This document shows, one piece after another, positions 31,219-41,109 of a stretch of DNA of 61,309 nucleotides. The stretch is from a virus (Duplodnaviria; Caudoviricetes), in the IMG/VR virus record IMGVR_UViG_3300025154_000095, positions 1 through 61,309 of that record, one strand, 5' to 3'. The position numbers and the translations under genes were made by a program. The stretch's first letter is position 1. Each line of letters starts with the position of its first letter. The notes under the pieces were generated by a model. That model was given only the letters and a program-made list of their open reading frames with translations. It had not been told where the DNA came from and made no database searches.

Positions 31219-32604
31219 TTATACGTCATGACCGTAGATCCAACGCCAATCGTCAAATCCGAAGCTGAATCGCATGTAACCGCGATATTTTGCAACGAGG
31301 TTGAAATTGGAAGCAGGATCAAGGCTCAATTCAGGATTGACACGCCAGAACCAGAGCAGGTGTGAACGAGCTTTGGCACTGTCAACCATGAACCAGTCAA
31401 CGGATGAAGAGAGGTAAGGATCAACCAGAACACGCATTGGGCGTGATCCGATGAAATTACCGTCATTGTCAGCGGTGCCAGGTTTGTTCATGGAATTGAC
31501 AATAGTCCAGGCGGTCGCCTGTAATGCCACTGGAACGTAAAGCACATCATACAGAGATGGCATGGGTAAACCCTTGTCATCTTCTAATGCGGCTCCAGCG
31601 TTCAATGTTGCCACAACAGCATCATAAGATAACGCTGAAGTGCCTTTATTGTCGAAGGTTGTCGCGGTGTCGGTTGCGCGGTTGTAATGTGCATCACTAA
31701 CCAGAGCGGCGGCGTCTCCACCAGGGTATGAGGTGCTCAAAGCGTTATTGAATACACTTGACTGGTGGTAGGCGATGGTATCACCGAAGGTCGTGCCAAA
31801 GTCCTGAGCGCGTCGGCGAATCAGTCCTTTTTGGTCGTCATCAAACAACTTGCGTTCGATTGCGAGACCAAGGGCATATTCCTTATGGGTGAAGGTTTTC
31901 TCATACAGTGGATTGAAGGACGCGTATTGGATAGCGCCTGGTAATCCTTCCGCGTCTGCGGAGTTGTATTCAGGAACCAGTCCTAATCCGCCTAAACCCT
32001 GTGAATATTCTACGCTTGAATCACTGGTAGAAATTCCAAACAGGCTGGAGGCTGGGGAAGGAACGGCTGCGATTTTCTGAAACCACTCTCGGCGGATAAT
32101 CGGTAGCACGTGTCGTGCGTATTGTTCAGAACTCATTGGGGTTGCCATAATGAGTTCTGAACAAGCTTCGATCAATGCACCGGTTGTTACAACACAATCG
32201 ACCTCTGTACCAGCGGCGTTGTTGACGCGGAATACAGACAAACAACCATTGGTTGTATCTGCTACGTCTAACGAACCATCGGCGTTAGTATCAATTGTTT
32301 TGTTGGTGAAACCCTGTAAGGCTGAAGCGTCCGCGTCTGCGGTGCCTCGAATAACCATTCCAGGAGCGATAACTGCGACCTTGATAGGATCTGCGGCGGT
32401 TGCGGCTGCGGAGGTTGCCTCCATAGCGATTCCGATTATTTCAGCGGAGCTTGCGCCTGCCTCGTCCACTTGACCGGAACTCATAACTAACAAAGTTCCG
32501 ACTTTTGTCTCAAGGTCAGTTGTAGCCTCTAAGGTGATGATTTTGGGTACTCGATCACCGAAAAGGTCATATACAAATTCCCAGGTATATGCTGGAGCTG
32601 CCAT
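31219..32604 (-). CDS. Major capsid protein (Mu gpT-like, from ATG 32148) fused in frame to an upstream ~150-aa decoration-like domain
   Basis: LYVPVALQ..A, VDPYL...WF, RFSFGF.DWR..YG motifs; follows scaffold gene. Confidence 0.8.
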   Translation of the reverse strand: MAAPAYTWEFVYDLFGDRVPKIITLEATTDLETKVGTLLVMSSGQVDEAGASSAEIIGIAMEATSAAATAADPIKVAVIAPGMVIRGTADADASALQGFTNKTIDTNADGSLDVADTTNGCLSVFRVNNAAGTEVDCVVTTGALIEACSELIMATPMSSEQYARHVLPIIRREWFQKIAAVPSPASSLFGISTSDSSVEYSQGLGGLGLVPEYNSADAEGLPGAIQYASFNPLYEKTFTHKEYALGLAIERKLFDDDQKGLIRRRAQDFGTTFGDTIAYHQSSVFNNALSTSYPGGDAAALVSDAHYNRATDTATTFDNKGTSALSYDAVVATLNAGAALEDDKGLPMPSLYDVLYVPVALQATAWTIVNSMNKPGTADNDGNFIGSRPMRVLVDPYLSSSVDWFMVDSAKARSHLLWFWRVNPELSLDPASNFNLVAKYRGYMRFSFGFDDWRWIYGHDV

Positions 32605-32617
32605 TTGTTACTCCTTA

Positions 32618-33157
32618 TTATTTGTACTTAGCATATTCTTCAGGCTTCATCCCGAATTTCTGAGCAACTTCCATTTCTTCAGGTGTGAGCTTCACGTCAT
32701 CGCTACCACCGCCCCCACGTACACCGGCGCCTAAGTTGGGGCTGTTTGGCTTGAGTAAACGCGCTTTGTTTTTCGATAACCAGTTTAGCTTCTGCTGTGT
32801 GGTCAATTCATCCGGTACAAGGTCGCGCATATCCTCTGGTAGTTCTGATAATGAGGCTTTATATACATCTGTTAATGTTTGTTCGTAGGCATCAACCTTT
32901 TGGGCTTTTGCCTGAGCGTCTGCTAATTTTTTTGAATTTTCTTCGTAAAGTTCTTTGTATTTCTGTTGATCGATTAGCCTTTGTTCGATTTCCCTTTGAC
33001 GTTCCTCCTCAAATTTACGGAGCTTGTCTTCCAGGTCTTTTGCCTTTTTGTTGACTTCATCAAATCTACCCTTGGGGATCATGTGCTCATTGCCCGTGTT
33101 TTTCGACTCGTCAGTCGCTTCTTGAGCGCCATCACCTTGCTTGTTTTCGTCTGCCAT
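32618..33157 (-). CDS. Capsid scaffolding protein
   Basis: IPK.RFDEVN coiled coil; LTPEE..VA.KFGM..EEY C-terminus. Confidence 0.8.
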   Translation of the reverse strand: MADENKQGDGAQEATDESKNTGNEHMIPKGRFDEVNKKAKDLEDKLRKFEEERQREIEQRLIDQQKYKELYEENSKKLADAQAKAQKVDAYEQTLTDVYKASLSELPEDMRDLVPDELTTQQKLNWLSKNKARLLKPNSPNLGAGVRGGGGSDDVKLTPEEMEVAQKFGMKPEEYAKYK

Positions 33158-33212
33158 TGCTGTTTTCCCTTCGTTTTTTACGCCCTACGCGGCGATAGTT
33201 ACATATCAATAA

Positions 33213-33243
33213 TACATTAGCACAATAGTTCTACTTTGTCAAG
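33213..33243 (-). promoter_or_regulatory. Promoter with SOS-box-like palindrome (TAGAACTATTGTGCTA)
   Basis: TTGACA at 33237-33242; matches 2111-2142 architecture. Confidence 0.55.
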
Positions 33244-33270
33244 TTTTTAATCCAAATTACCTCCTTGTTG

Positions 33271-33612
33271 CTACTTTTGCTCCGTTCGCTGCCTAATCAA
33301 TCTTGAAATTGTGGTGACAGTGTATTCTTCCTGTCCCTCGTGCATAGGCGATATTAACAAATGTGTCAACTCGTGGATTATGATTTCTTCCAGGTAGTCA
33401 TCATCCTCGTTTTTCACCTTTTCGAGATTAAAATATATCTTAGCAGTCATGTACCTGAATTGCGGGTATGTTATCGCTATTGCCCCGTCGCTTGCATCTC
33501 GTGGCATGTCCTGAGTGGTATCGCAATAACAGACGTCGAATTTCCAGCCGTAGGACGTGACAATCCATGACCATTTATTGATAAACTTGCGAACCCGTTT
33601 GATAGGCTTCAT
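33271..33612 (-). CDS. HExxH metallopeptidase-like small protein
   Basis: IIHELTH. Confidence 0.55.
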   Translation of the reverse strand: MKPIKRVRKFINKWSWIVTSYGWKFDVCYCDTTQDMPRDASDGAIAITYPQFRYMTAKIYFNLEKVKNEDDDYLEEIIIHELTHLLISPMHEGQEEYTVTTISRLIRQRTEQK

Positions 33613-33804
33613 TTTTGGCTCATTATCTTTATTAGCATCCGTTTGAATATGGGCGCCTTTTTCCCTCGTTGACTGAATGCCTCGCATGTGTCATCTTCCA
33701 TAACGACATTAGCAAACACCGCTAAAGGACTACCACCCTTATATCGAAACTTGGGCGACTTGCTATTTGAGCACCAATGCGACTCCCTGAAGTATTGGCA
33801 ATTC

Positions 33805-34080
33805 TTACAGATTTTTTTCATCATTCCACCACTTACTAGCTGTTTGTCTGGTTACGCCTGCATCCTTAGCCGCTTGAGTAATGCTAGTCCCTGCCTTCAC
33901 GGCATCAACAACGGCTTGCCTGCGTTCGTCTGGTTCGTCATGCTGGATCTGGTTATACCAGCCACAAAACATCGCTATCATTATCTCTGGATCGCGTTTC
34001 ACGTCATACATGATACAACGCCTATCACGGCATCGGTCATCTATGAATGATACGCAATCGGTACACTTTACAGGTCTCAT
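33805..34080 (-). CDS. Cys-rich plus HTH protein
   Basis: SITQAAKDAGVTRQTASKW. Confidence 0.6.
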   Translation of the reverse strand: MRPVKCTDCVSFIDDRCRDRRCIMYDVKRDPEIMIAMFCGWYNQIQHDEPDERRQAVVDAVKAGTSITQAAKDAGVTRQTASKWWNDEKNL

Positions 34081-35231
34081 TCTGTCTCCTTTTTGATATA
34101 AAACTCGTTTGCTCTATCCTCTCCAATTGCCTTTAGCAGGCTTAGTTCTACGTTCTGATGCCCAAATACCGGGTCGATGTGATCTCCCACAAAGTCACTG
34201 AGTGGCACTCCTGAATTGAACGCCTTGAATTTTGCAGGGTTCTTCAGGAAACTTGCCTGTGCCGCTTGTCTCTCAGGTGATAAGGAATTGAACCATTGTT
34301 CTCCCGTCTGAAATGGTACAAAATTACGCTGCCCTGGTTTACTGTCTGCTTGCATGGTATCGGGATAATCGGGACCGCCTAAGACTTGATAAAATTCACT
34401 GCATCGACCTCTATAATGATCGTCTACCCGTTCGCCTACTTCTAGCGGTGTTCCGTGTAATTCAATACAACTCAAACATGTCTTTTGGTCAAGTGTCGCT
34501 ATCCTGATTTTGCCCCTCAAATATTGACCGTTGACTAATTCCATAGCAGCTGAAGCCTCGCGGTAGCTGGTAAGCTGCAAGGTTCTCATGAGATTATCAG
34601 CGGCATGAACCGGGATATTCTCCGCGTGTTTTCGCATTTCCTGAGCGGTCTTGTAAGGTGACCACCCATTACTAATTCCGTTTATGATAACATCCCTTGT
34701 AAGGTTAGAATATCCAACGCCCCAGCCTTCCATTTTAGCAATCCACGCGGCGCTGTCTACAAAGCTGGTAGCAAAATCAACGCTGTTGGGTGCAAGCCAT
34801 TTGACATTTCGCCCTGATAGGATGGATACATATTGACTGAGTGCCTTCTCACTGACTGGATCAATGCCCCGTTCGATCATCACACCGGCAAGCGATGTGA
34901 ATACCTTTGCCGTGACCGCTGCTACTGCAAGCCTAACCGCTGAATTCTGGATCATGTCATCATTGGATTGTATCAATGTCGCGGTCGTAATCAGTGAATT
35001 CTGGTGCTGTAATAACGCGTCCTTCAAAGCAGGGTTATTCATGTCAAGCCGCTTGTCTAATTCAACCAACCGTTTAGCCTCTTCGTCTAATGCCAACAAA
35101 GCCCGTTGTAATGGGGAATTGCGAGCGGTCGACAATGTGTTGATTTGTTTCAACACCTGAGAGGCGGTCATAATGTATAAGCCGTCTAATGCCTTGTTTA
35201 TGTACTCAGTCAACGTGTAGATAGTTGCCAT
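34077..35231 (-). CDS. Minor head morphogenesis protein (MuF-like)
   Basis: D.KTC..C..LHG...H..GRC; follows portal. Confidence 0.75.
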   Translation of the reverse strand: MATIYTLTEYINKALDGLYIMTASQVLKQINTLSTARNSPLQRALLALDEEAKRLVELDKRLDMNNPALKDALLQHQNSLITTATLIQSNDDMIQNSAVRLAVAAVTAKVFTSLAGVMIERGIDPVSEKALSQYVSILSGRNVKWLAPNSVDFATSFVDSAAWIAKMEGWGVGYSNLTRDVIINGISNGWSPYKTAQEMRKHAENIPVHAADNLMRTLQLTSYREASAAMELVNGQYLRGKIRIATLDQKTCLSCIELHGTPLEVGERVDDHYRGRCSEFYQVLGGPDYPDTMQADSKPGQRNFVPFQTGEQWFNSLSPERQAAQASFLKNPAKFKAFNSGVPLSDFVGDHIDPVFGHQNVELSLLKAIGEDRANEFYIKKETE

Positions 35232-35238
35232 AATATCC

Positions 35239-36756
35239 TTAGATTACAGGTACACCACCACCAGCCCCGACAAGTGACTCAATAAAATTAGATTGCTGCG
35301 ATTGTGCAAGTTGTCCCTCTGCTACGATCTGACCAGCTTTCATTCCCAGCAAGCCGCCTATTTGCTCCCTATACCAGCTATCAGGCCAAAGTCCGGATGT
35401 TTTCTCTCGCATGGTAATTAACACCTCTAATCGTGCGTTCACGTCCAGTATTTCAGGTGATTTCCAGATGATATTCACGTCATCAATTACAGGCGCTTTT
35501 GGTAGCCCGTTATTATAGACGTTCTGCAATTCAGCCGACATGATAAACATGCGTTTGATTGCACCGTTATTCTCATTTTGAAAGCGGTAGATTTTACCGA
35601 TAAGCCCGGTCTCGAGTTGCTTCAATGCCTCGCCTGATAGGTTGCCATCCGCGGTCACTCCGTATATAGGCGTTTGGGTTGCCTGTGAGATTTCCCTCAC
35701 AACCTTGTCAATTTCAGCGATATATTGGGTCAGGTCTGTACCGCCCAACTCACCGATCTTGATTGCCTTCAAGAATTCGACCTGTTCGGCTGTCAGGTCA
35801 TAGATTATATTGCCGTCGTCATCCTTCATTACGAGATTGATTACACCACCTGGAACGATCCCGTCCCTGTTTATCTCTAAGCCAATAGCGTAGTACAGCT
35901 TGAATGCTGACAACTCACTAGCCATAGTCATGGAGTACAACGTTCGGTTTAGAATGTTCTGCAATGGTACAGCCGGTCGGATTTCACTCTCCCCGTAATC
36001 GGTATAGTTGTCTCTCTGATTGGCATAGTGTATCAATGGGATTTTGCCGTATTGCCAGGGTTCTTGACTTTTGCCTACCGTCTCACTAATTGGAGAAACT
36101 TCACGACCGCCAACATTCCCGGTCCACCTGGTTATTCTGGAAGGTTCATAGACAATAACCCTCATGGTCGTTTGTGCGCTGTCACTATCCTCAAGTAGCT
36201 GGTTCTGGTCGTCTGCCTCACTCCACAACTTGCAAGCCCATAACGGAGCCTTAGTGGTCGGGTCAAATATTGCCACAACACCAGAATGCCCGTCATAAGG
36301 CGGTTCTGCACTCCATGACATTGTAGCCGGGTCAATCAGGACGTAGGCGTCACCATCACGAATAGCACCCCTGTATAATTCACCCTGAAGCGCGTCAAAG
36401 TCATTGCGGTTGGTAATATCATCGATCCAGTCAGCCGCTTGCTGGTTGTTCTCCGCAACTCCACCAGGCATGACATTCTCAATGTGCAATCTGCCAGCCA
36501 TTTTATCGATGATGATACGCATGTAATTATCATTCAAATCTTCCAGATCCGCGTCATCGGTTTTCAGGCGTAGCATCGCTTTCATCTGTGTCGTGATGTC
36601 TGCGTCGTGGTCTCCGCGCTCGTACCTGCGATATTTGCGTACCCTTGCACCTTTTTTAAGGATAGTCGCGCTCCAACTGTTTTGTGCGTCAATAGATAAC
36701 GCTAATGACGGGTTGGTCTTTTCCAATGCTGATATTATTAATCCTGAGTTGTCCAT
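35239..36756 (-). CDS. Portal protein (SPP1 gp6-like)
   Basis: G.IP.IHY.N...GESEI, N.SGEALK. Confidence 0.9.
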   Translation of the reverse strand: MDNSGLIISALEKTNPSLALSIDAQNSWSATILKKGARVRKYRRYERGDHDADITTQMKAMLRLKTDDADLEDLNDNYMRIIIDKMAGRLHIENVMPGGVAENNQQAADWIDDITNRNDFDALQGELYRGAIRDGDAYVLIDPATMSWSAEPPYDGHSGVVAIFDPTTKAPLWACKLWSEADDQNQLLEDSDSAQTTMRVIVYEPSRITRWTGNVGGREVSPISETVGKSQEPWQYGKIPLIHYANQRDNYTDYGESEIRPAVPLQNILNRTLYSMTMASELSAFKLYYAIGLEINRDGIVPGGVINLVMKDDDGNIIYDLTAEQVEFLKAIKIGELGGTDLTQYIAEIDKVVREISQATQTPIYGVTADGNLSGEALKQLETGLIGKIYRFQNENNGAIKRMFIMSAELQNVYNNGLPKAPVIDDVNIIWKSPEILDVNARLEVLITMREKTSGLWPDSWYREQIGGLLGMKAGQIVAEGQLAQSQQSNFIESLVGAGGGVPVI

Positions 36757-38174
36757 GGTCGTTTCTCCGTTTTATTGCCGGTTATATAATTGCCTGTGGT
36801 TACGTTTATTCTGCCTTTGGGTTTGATTGATCCAGCCTCTAGTGCTAATGCCGCTGAAATGACAGTGTCATCATGCCCGTTCCCTTCGGCTGCAAGTCTC
36901 CAGAGTCCGGTTGTGGTCTGTGTGGCTACGAATAACTTAAATTCCTGCCTGGTAATCGGATCATCTAACATACGCCATCCACCCTCGTTTATTGCCTCGT
37001 GAAGGTTGCTCATAATCTCTGCCTTGCTTGCGTTCGTGGTCTCGAATGGCATAACGGTTAACCCGTCACTCTGCAATGCTTCGATATTCACCGATCCAAT
37101 GCTGTTTTTTTCAGCAAGCAATAATTGCAGATTGTATTGTTTGTACAATGATACTATACGCTTTCTAATTTCTGCCCATGATAGATTATTGACGCGTAAT
37201 TGATTAACCTCTCGTTTAGTCGTGAAGTCAAAAACCTTCATTGCTGTGAAGTCGTTATTTTGACCGAAGTCTAAACCGGCATAATATTTATGGTCATTGT
37301 AGTAAGGCTGTATTTGTTCGGTGAATACATGGGTTACATCCCCGAAGTATGAATTGCCACTTGTAATAAAACAGTTAATCGGATCTTCGGGGTATTCCTG
37401 AATAAACAGGTTTTTCAATTCACGCTGTTTTGACCTACGCCATTTTATTTGTTCCGGCGTCAATCCGTGTTTTCGCGATAAGTCCTCTTCATCACCCGTA
37501 AATATAACCGTTTCGCCCTCTGCAAGTGGAATACTATAATTTTCATCCCACCACCAGGGGTAAAAATGCAACGCCCAGGGGCTGTTACCACCTAATGCTT
37601 CCATGCACAAATCGTAGAAATACCCTTGCGCTCCGTTCGGTGTGGACTCAAGAATAATATCAGGTGATCCTCCCTGCATTGCCCCTGCCATAATCTTTTC
37701 AGCGTCATTCCAGAATGCAACCTCTGATCCATGGAAATCTGTATAAGTGTCACCACGCCCAGCCTCTTTACTACCAGCGGTTGCAATAACCGAAGTGCTG
37801 TCAAATTCAGGATAAGTGGCAAGTGAGGCATTGCTATATTTTCGCTCCGGTTGTGTGTCTCCAAACTTGCAATTTTCCCAGAACCTGTCTGCCATGCGCC
37901 TTAGTTTTTGGGTGGTCTCGCTATCATGTGCCATTGTCATGGTCGTGCGTGTGCTTGTTACCGTGCGATGATACATCTCCGCTTGAACGTAGGTGCTTGC
38001 CCCTAATTGCCGCGCTTTCAATAAAAGGTCTTTGCCGGTTCTGTGTTCGTGAAAGTGTTTTTGCATCTTATTCCACACAAGCGGCACAAGTTTTTTATTT
38101 TTATCCAATACTTTGAGAAAATGCTTACTAAACAATTCGGGATCACTAACAACCATGGTTTTAGTCGGGAGCAT
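36738..38174 (-). CDS. Terminase large subunit
   Basis: LKARQLGAST, ESTPNG, GLDFG, HDDTV. Confidence 0.92.
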   Translation of the reverse strand: MLPTKTMVVSDPELFSKHFLKVLDKNKKLVPLVWNKMQKHFHEHRTGKDLLLKARQLGASTYVQAEMYHRTVTSTRTTMTMAHDSETTQKLRRMADRFWENCKFGDTQPERKYSNASLATYPEFDSTSVIATAGSKEAGRGDTYTDFHGSEVAFWNDAEKIMAGAMQGGSPDIILESTPNGAQGYFYDLCMEALGGNSPWALHFYPWWWDENYSIPLAEGETVIFTGDEEDLSRKHGLTPEQIKWRRSKQRELKNLFIQEYPEDPINCFITSGNSYFGDVTHVFTEQIQPYYNDHKYYAGLDFGQNNDFTAMKVFDFTTKREVNQLRVNNLSWAEIRKRIVSLYKQYNLQLLLAEKNSIGSVNIEALQSDGLTVMPFETTNASKAEIMSNLHEAINEGGWRMLDDPITRQEFKLFVATQTTTGLWRLAAEGNGHDDTVISAALALEAGSIKPKGRINVTTGNYITGNKTEKRPWTTQD

Positions 38175-38463
38175 CGTCGCCCCCTTCGTCAAATTGTTCG
38201 ATAAAATCTCTCCATGTCATTTCAATGTTTTTGTTCTCTGTCTTTTGTACAGGCGCACCCATAAGATAATCAGCAAGCCATTTTCTAGCTACCGCGTCCC
38301 CGCGTTCTGCTTGATAGGCTGCTTTTTTAACTATACGCTCCCATTGTGCGAATGGTACAGATTCCAAGGCAATATCATAATAGCGCATTTCCCGCTCTTT
38401 CGGTTTGCGCCCTTTTGGATTACCGCTAATCCCTTTTACAAATTGCCCTTTTTCGTTTCTCAT
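38161..38463 (-). CDS. Terminase small subunit (DUF5681-like)
   Basis: GQFVKGISGNPKGR; directly upstream of TerL. Confidence 0.7.
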   Translation of the reverse strand: MRNEKGQFVKGISGNPKGRKPKEREMRYYDIALESVPFAQWERIVKKAAYQAERGDAVARKWLADYLMGAPVQKTENKNIEMTWRDFIEQFDEGGDDAPD

Positions 38464-38667
38464 TCCTGTTTTAATTCCTGCTATCTGGTTTATCTGTGAA
38501 CACCAACACAATGTTTACCAATTCGTTCAAATGTCCCATCATTTCTTTAGCTTGTTCTAAACAGTTCTCAGGTAAGTTTATTGTTATGTTGAAACTTCTA
38601 TCGACAAGTGATTTTATTTGTCTAAGCTCTGCCTGAAATTCAACTGCTACCAGTTTTGATTTCGACA

Positions 38668-38727
38668 TCACGCCTCAATCGTGGCTTCCACCACTGCGTC
38701 TAATCTTGCGAAATCGTTGTATGCCAT
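38668..38727 (-). pseudogene. 19-codon gene remnant or mini-ORF (MAYNDFARLDAVVEATIEA)
   Basis: AGGAGA RBS and ATG, then an early stop overlapping the next gene start. Confidence 0.4.
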
Positions 38728-38739
38728 TTGTTGTCTCCT

Positions 38740-39564
38740 TTATGGAAATGTCCTGTAAATCTCACCTACGGGTGATAATACACCACCCTCGAATAATCCG
38801 AAATCAAACCAACCATCTGGAATGTATTCGGCTTCGGGGTCGTATCTGTTGGTAAAATATGCGTATCTGGTAACCCATGCTTTGCTATCAATTACCGCTA
38901 ATAAACTAGATAATGATTCTGTGTCACCCGTTGTGTCTGCAAACTCTGTGATCCATACTTCTGGATGAACGCCTGAATAGTGATAGATAAACCATTCCGT
39001 GCTTGTCCACCATTGATCTAATTGTTCGGCTGTAATCCATGATTCTACATACCCATGAAATCCGTAGTATTGCGGCTTTGGTGTGTTCGGGTAATTAGCG
39101 TTCAACTCTATCAAAAATTCGATGTACCACATGGATGACCAAGCGGAGGCATTACCTACAATCAGTTTAGCTTGTGGTCTAGCCTGTACAAAATCGGCAT
39201 ATCGTTTAGCAGCCTCAATGGGTTGTATGCCTGCCCCATACGGTGCTGGATTGTTGGGCTCATTCAGAAATAGCACAAACCCGTCATAATCTACGGGTAA
39301 GTTATCATCGAATAAGCCATAGTAACTCATAGGAATATGTCTACTGTCCGCTGTTGGCTTTGGGTAATGTGTCCACGTGTAATACCAACCTGCCCCAACT
39401 TCGTCCAAGTCCTCAAGAAATGGAGTCACCAGCGCAATACCCTTGTTGCTGTCGTATGATGTTGGAATTGGTTCGTCTGGTATTGGTGCTTCGTAGTTAT
39501 TCGTAACTAATGGCAAATAGACAACCATCATTAACGCAACTAATCTACCAGCAAACTTTTTCAT
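38740..39564 (-). CDS. Exported glycoside hydrolase (Glyco_hydro_cc/GH128-like, clan GH-A)
   Basis: WYYTW, FLNEP, FHGY, VWITEF, RYAYF; N-terminal VYLPLV. Confidence 0.8.
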   Translation of the reverse strand: MKKFAGRLVALMMVVYLPLVTNNYEAPIPDEPIPTSYDSNKGIALVTPFLEDLDEVGAGWYYTWTHYPKPTADSRHIPMSYYGLFDDNLPVDYDGFVLFLNEPNNPAPYGAGIQPIEAAKRYADFVQARPQAKLIVGNASAWSSMWYIEFLIELNANYPNTPKPQYYGFHGYVESWITAEQLDQWWTSTEWFIYHYSGVHPEVWITEFADTTGDTESLSSLLAVIDSKAWVTRYAYFTNRYDPEAEYIPDGWFDFGLFEGGVLSPVGEIYRTFP

Positions 39565-39749
39565 TTCACCTCAACCCAATATGTCTTGGCTTTTTCGGGA
39601 TCAAGTGCCAATGTCGAAACATGTGCAATCAAACATCTGTACACTTTAGATTTGTACACTGCCATATCATCAACAGAGTATGCAACATCTACCGCCCACT
39701 CTGCCACTGTTGCTGCTGCATCGTAATACTTCGCCCATTTTGTTTTATC
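39561..39749 (-). pseudogene. Carbohydrate-binding (CBM5/12-like) module lacking a proper start
   Basis: EW....AY..DD...Y..KVYRC..AH.S...P......W; in the +1 frame over the stop of the 454-aa gene. Confidence 0.6.
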
Positions 39750-41109
39750 CTTTCTTGCATAAGCGACCACCGATAAACACGTACGTGTTCGCGGAGGAAT
39801 AAAGCAGATACCAATACCAGAGACCAGCAAGCCCACCGAGGCCCCAGCGCCCGCCGACGACGGCAATATATTGAGCAGTGCTTTGATAATAGTAATCTTT
39901 GTAGAAATTTGCACTAACATCCACAGGTAGCTCAATCATTGGATTAGCAGCATCAAAACCCATATACTTCACGTATCCACTTGCGTCTTTATTAACATAT
40001 CCAATTTGTTCGTAGGGGCTCGCAAAAACATTACTGGCATAATCATCTGCGTCTTTGCAAAACCAGGCTTGCCGTGCGTTAATATTAAGGCCATCCACAA
40101 ACTGCCAGACATTCCCATACAGATTTTCAATCCCGCGGTAATGGAATGGATTTTTACCGTTCGTATTATTCGCCAGCGATCCACTGCTCGCAGAAATCCC
40201 ACTTGAAAATCCAGATTTCCAGCCTACGTTATAAAGATAGTTTCCGGTTGCCGCATTAAACGCAGCCCCATCAACTGTGATGGTCGTGCTGCCAGCTCCA
40301 GGTGTATCAACGTCAATCTGCGTAATGTTACGGCCATAAAACACCTGATTACCACCCTGTGTCGATCCTAGTCCAACGGGTTGCCCAACAGCGAATTTAG
40401 CACCAATAGTATTTGCTACAACAATTGTGTTAGCCGCTGATGTGTCCGCTGTCAATACTTCAGTCGCTGCATAATTTCCAGCAGTCCACCCGGTCATAAT
40501 CGCCTGGCTATTCAGCGTCGCAAATTCCACCGTGAACAAAACCTGCAACATATCATACACGTGAATGTCTAATTGCTGATAACCAGCACCATTGGCTTCT
40601 GCGTAGGTTCTAAATTCGACAATATTCTTACTCACAAGCGGATATTCGTTCGGCAAGCTGTTTAACTTCGTACCACCCGTCAGGGTTGTGCCCGCAGGAT
40701 ACTTTCCAACATACACAAAATCTAATTCAGCACCTGTTGAAAAGTTATAAAAGCACCACGGCAAGTATGAGTTAGGCATTCTCGCTTTACATATCTGCCA
40801 TGTTTTTTTAGTGGCTGTATCAGTCTTACGTATGTAGAATTTCGGAATCTTTACAAAAACATTACTATCAGCGTCAGTGTATTCGTCAAACTCTGAATAA
40901 ATGGAAGCGGTATCAAAATCATTGGTTACGGTTGTCGCATCTACACCAGCTTCCGCTGTAAACCCAACGCTCCCATTTATTCTGGTCAGCGGTGTATCGG
41001 TTTTATCCCATGATACGCCATAAACCGCTTCGCCTGCATAGGTTGTTTGGACTTCGTTTATTCGTTTGCCGCCGAACAATAGCAGCATTTTTTGCGCTGT
41101 ACTTGGCAT
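39745..41109 (-). CDS. Receptor-binding/tail-fibre protein, DGR target-like, copy 2
   Basis: Same length as and highly similar to 45-1409; IGGRL C-terminus. Confidence 0.8.
   Translation of the reverse strand: MPSTAQKMLLLFGGKRINEVQTTYAGEAVYGVSWDKTDTPLTRINGSVGFTAEAGVDATTVTNDFDTASIYSEFDEYTDADSNVFVKIPKFYIRKTDTATKKTWQICKARMPNSYLPWCFYNFSTGAELDFVYVGKYPAGTTLTGGTKLNSLPNEYPLVSKNIVEFRTYAEANGAGYQQLDIHVYDMLQVLFTVEFATLNSQAIMTGWTAGNYAATEVLTADTSAANTIVVANTIGAKFAVGQPVGLGSTQGGNQVFYGRNITQIDVDTPGAGSTTITVDGAAFNAATGNYLYNVGWKSGFSSGISASSGSLANNTNGKNPFHYRGIENLYGNVWQFVDGLNINARQAWFCKDADDYASNVFASPYEQIGYVNKDASGYVKYMGFDAANPMIELPVDVSANFYKDYYYQSTAQYIAVVGGRWGLGGLAGLWYWYLLYSSANTYVFIGGRLCKKG
39763..39867 (-). repeat. DGR VR-like segment, copy 2
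   Basis: Differs from 63-167 almost only at codon positions 1-2. Confidence 0.8.

Larger units (their letters stand above)
1..39700. mobile_element. Phage A: apparently complete circularly permuted siphovirus genome (~39.7 kb)
   Basis: Full set of terminase, portal, capsid, tail, lysis and replication genes; 1-75 identical to 39701-39775, so minus-strand gene order continues across the ends. Confidence 0.85.
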
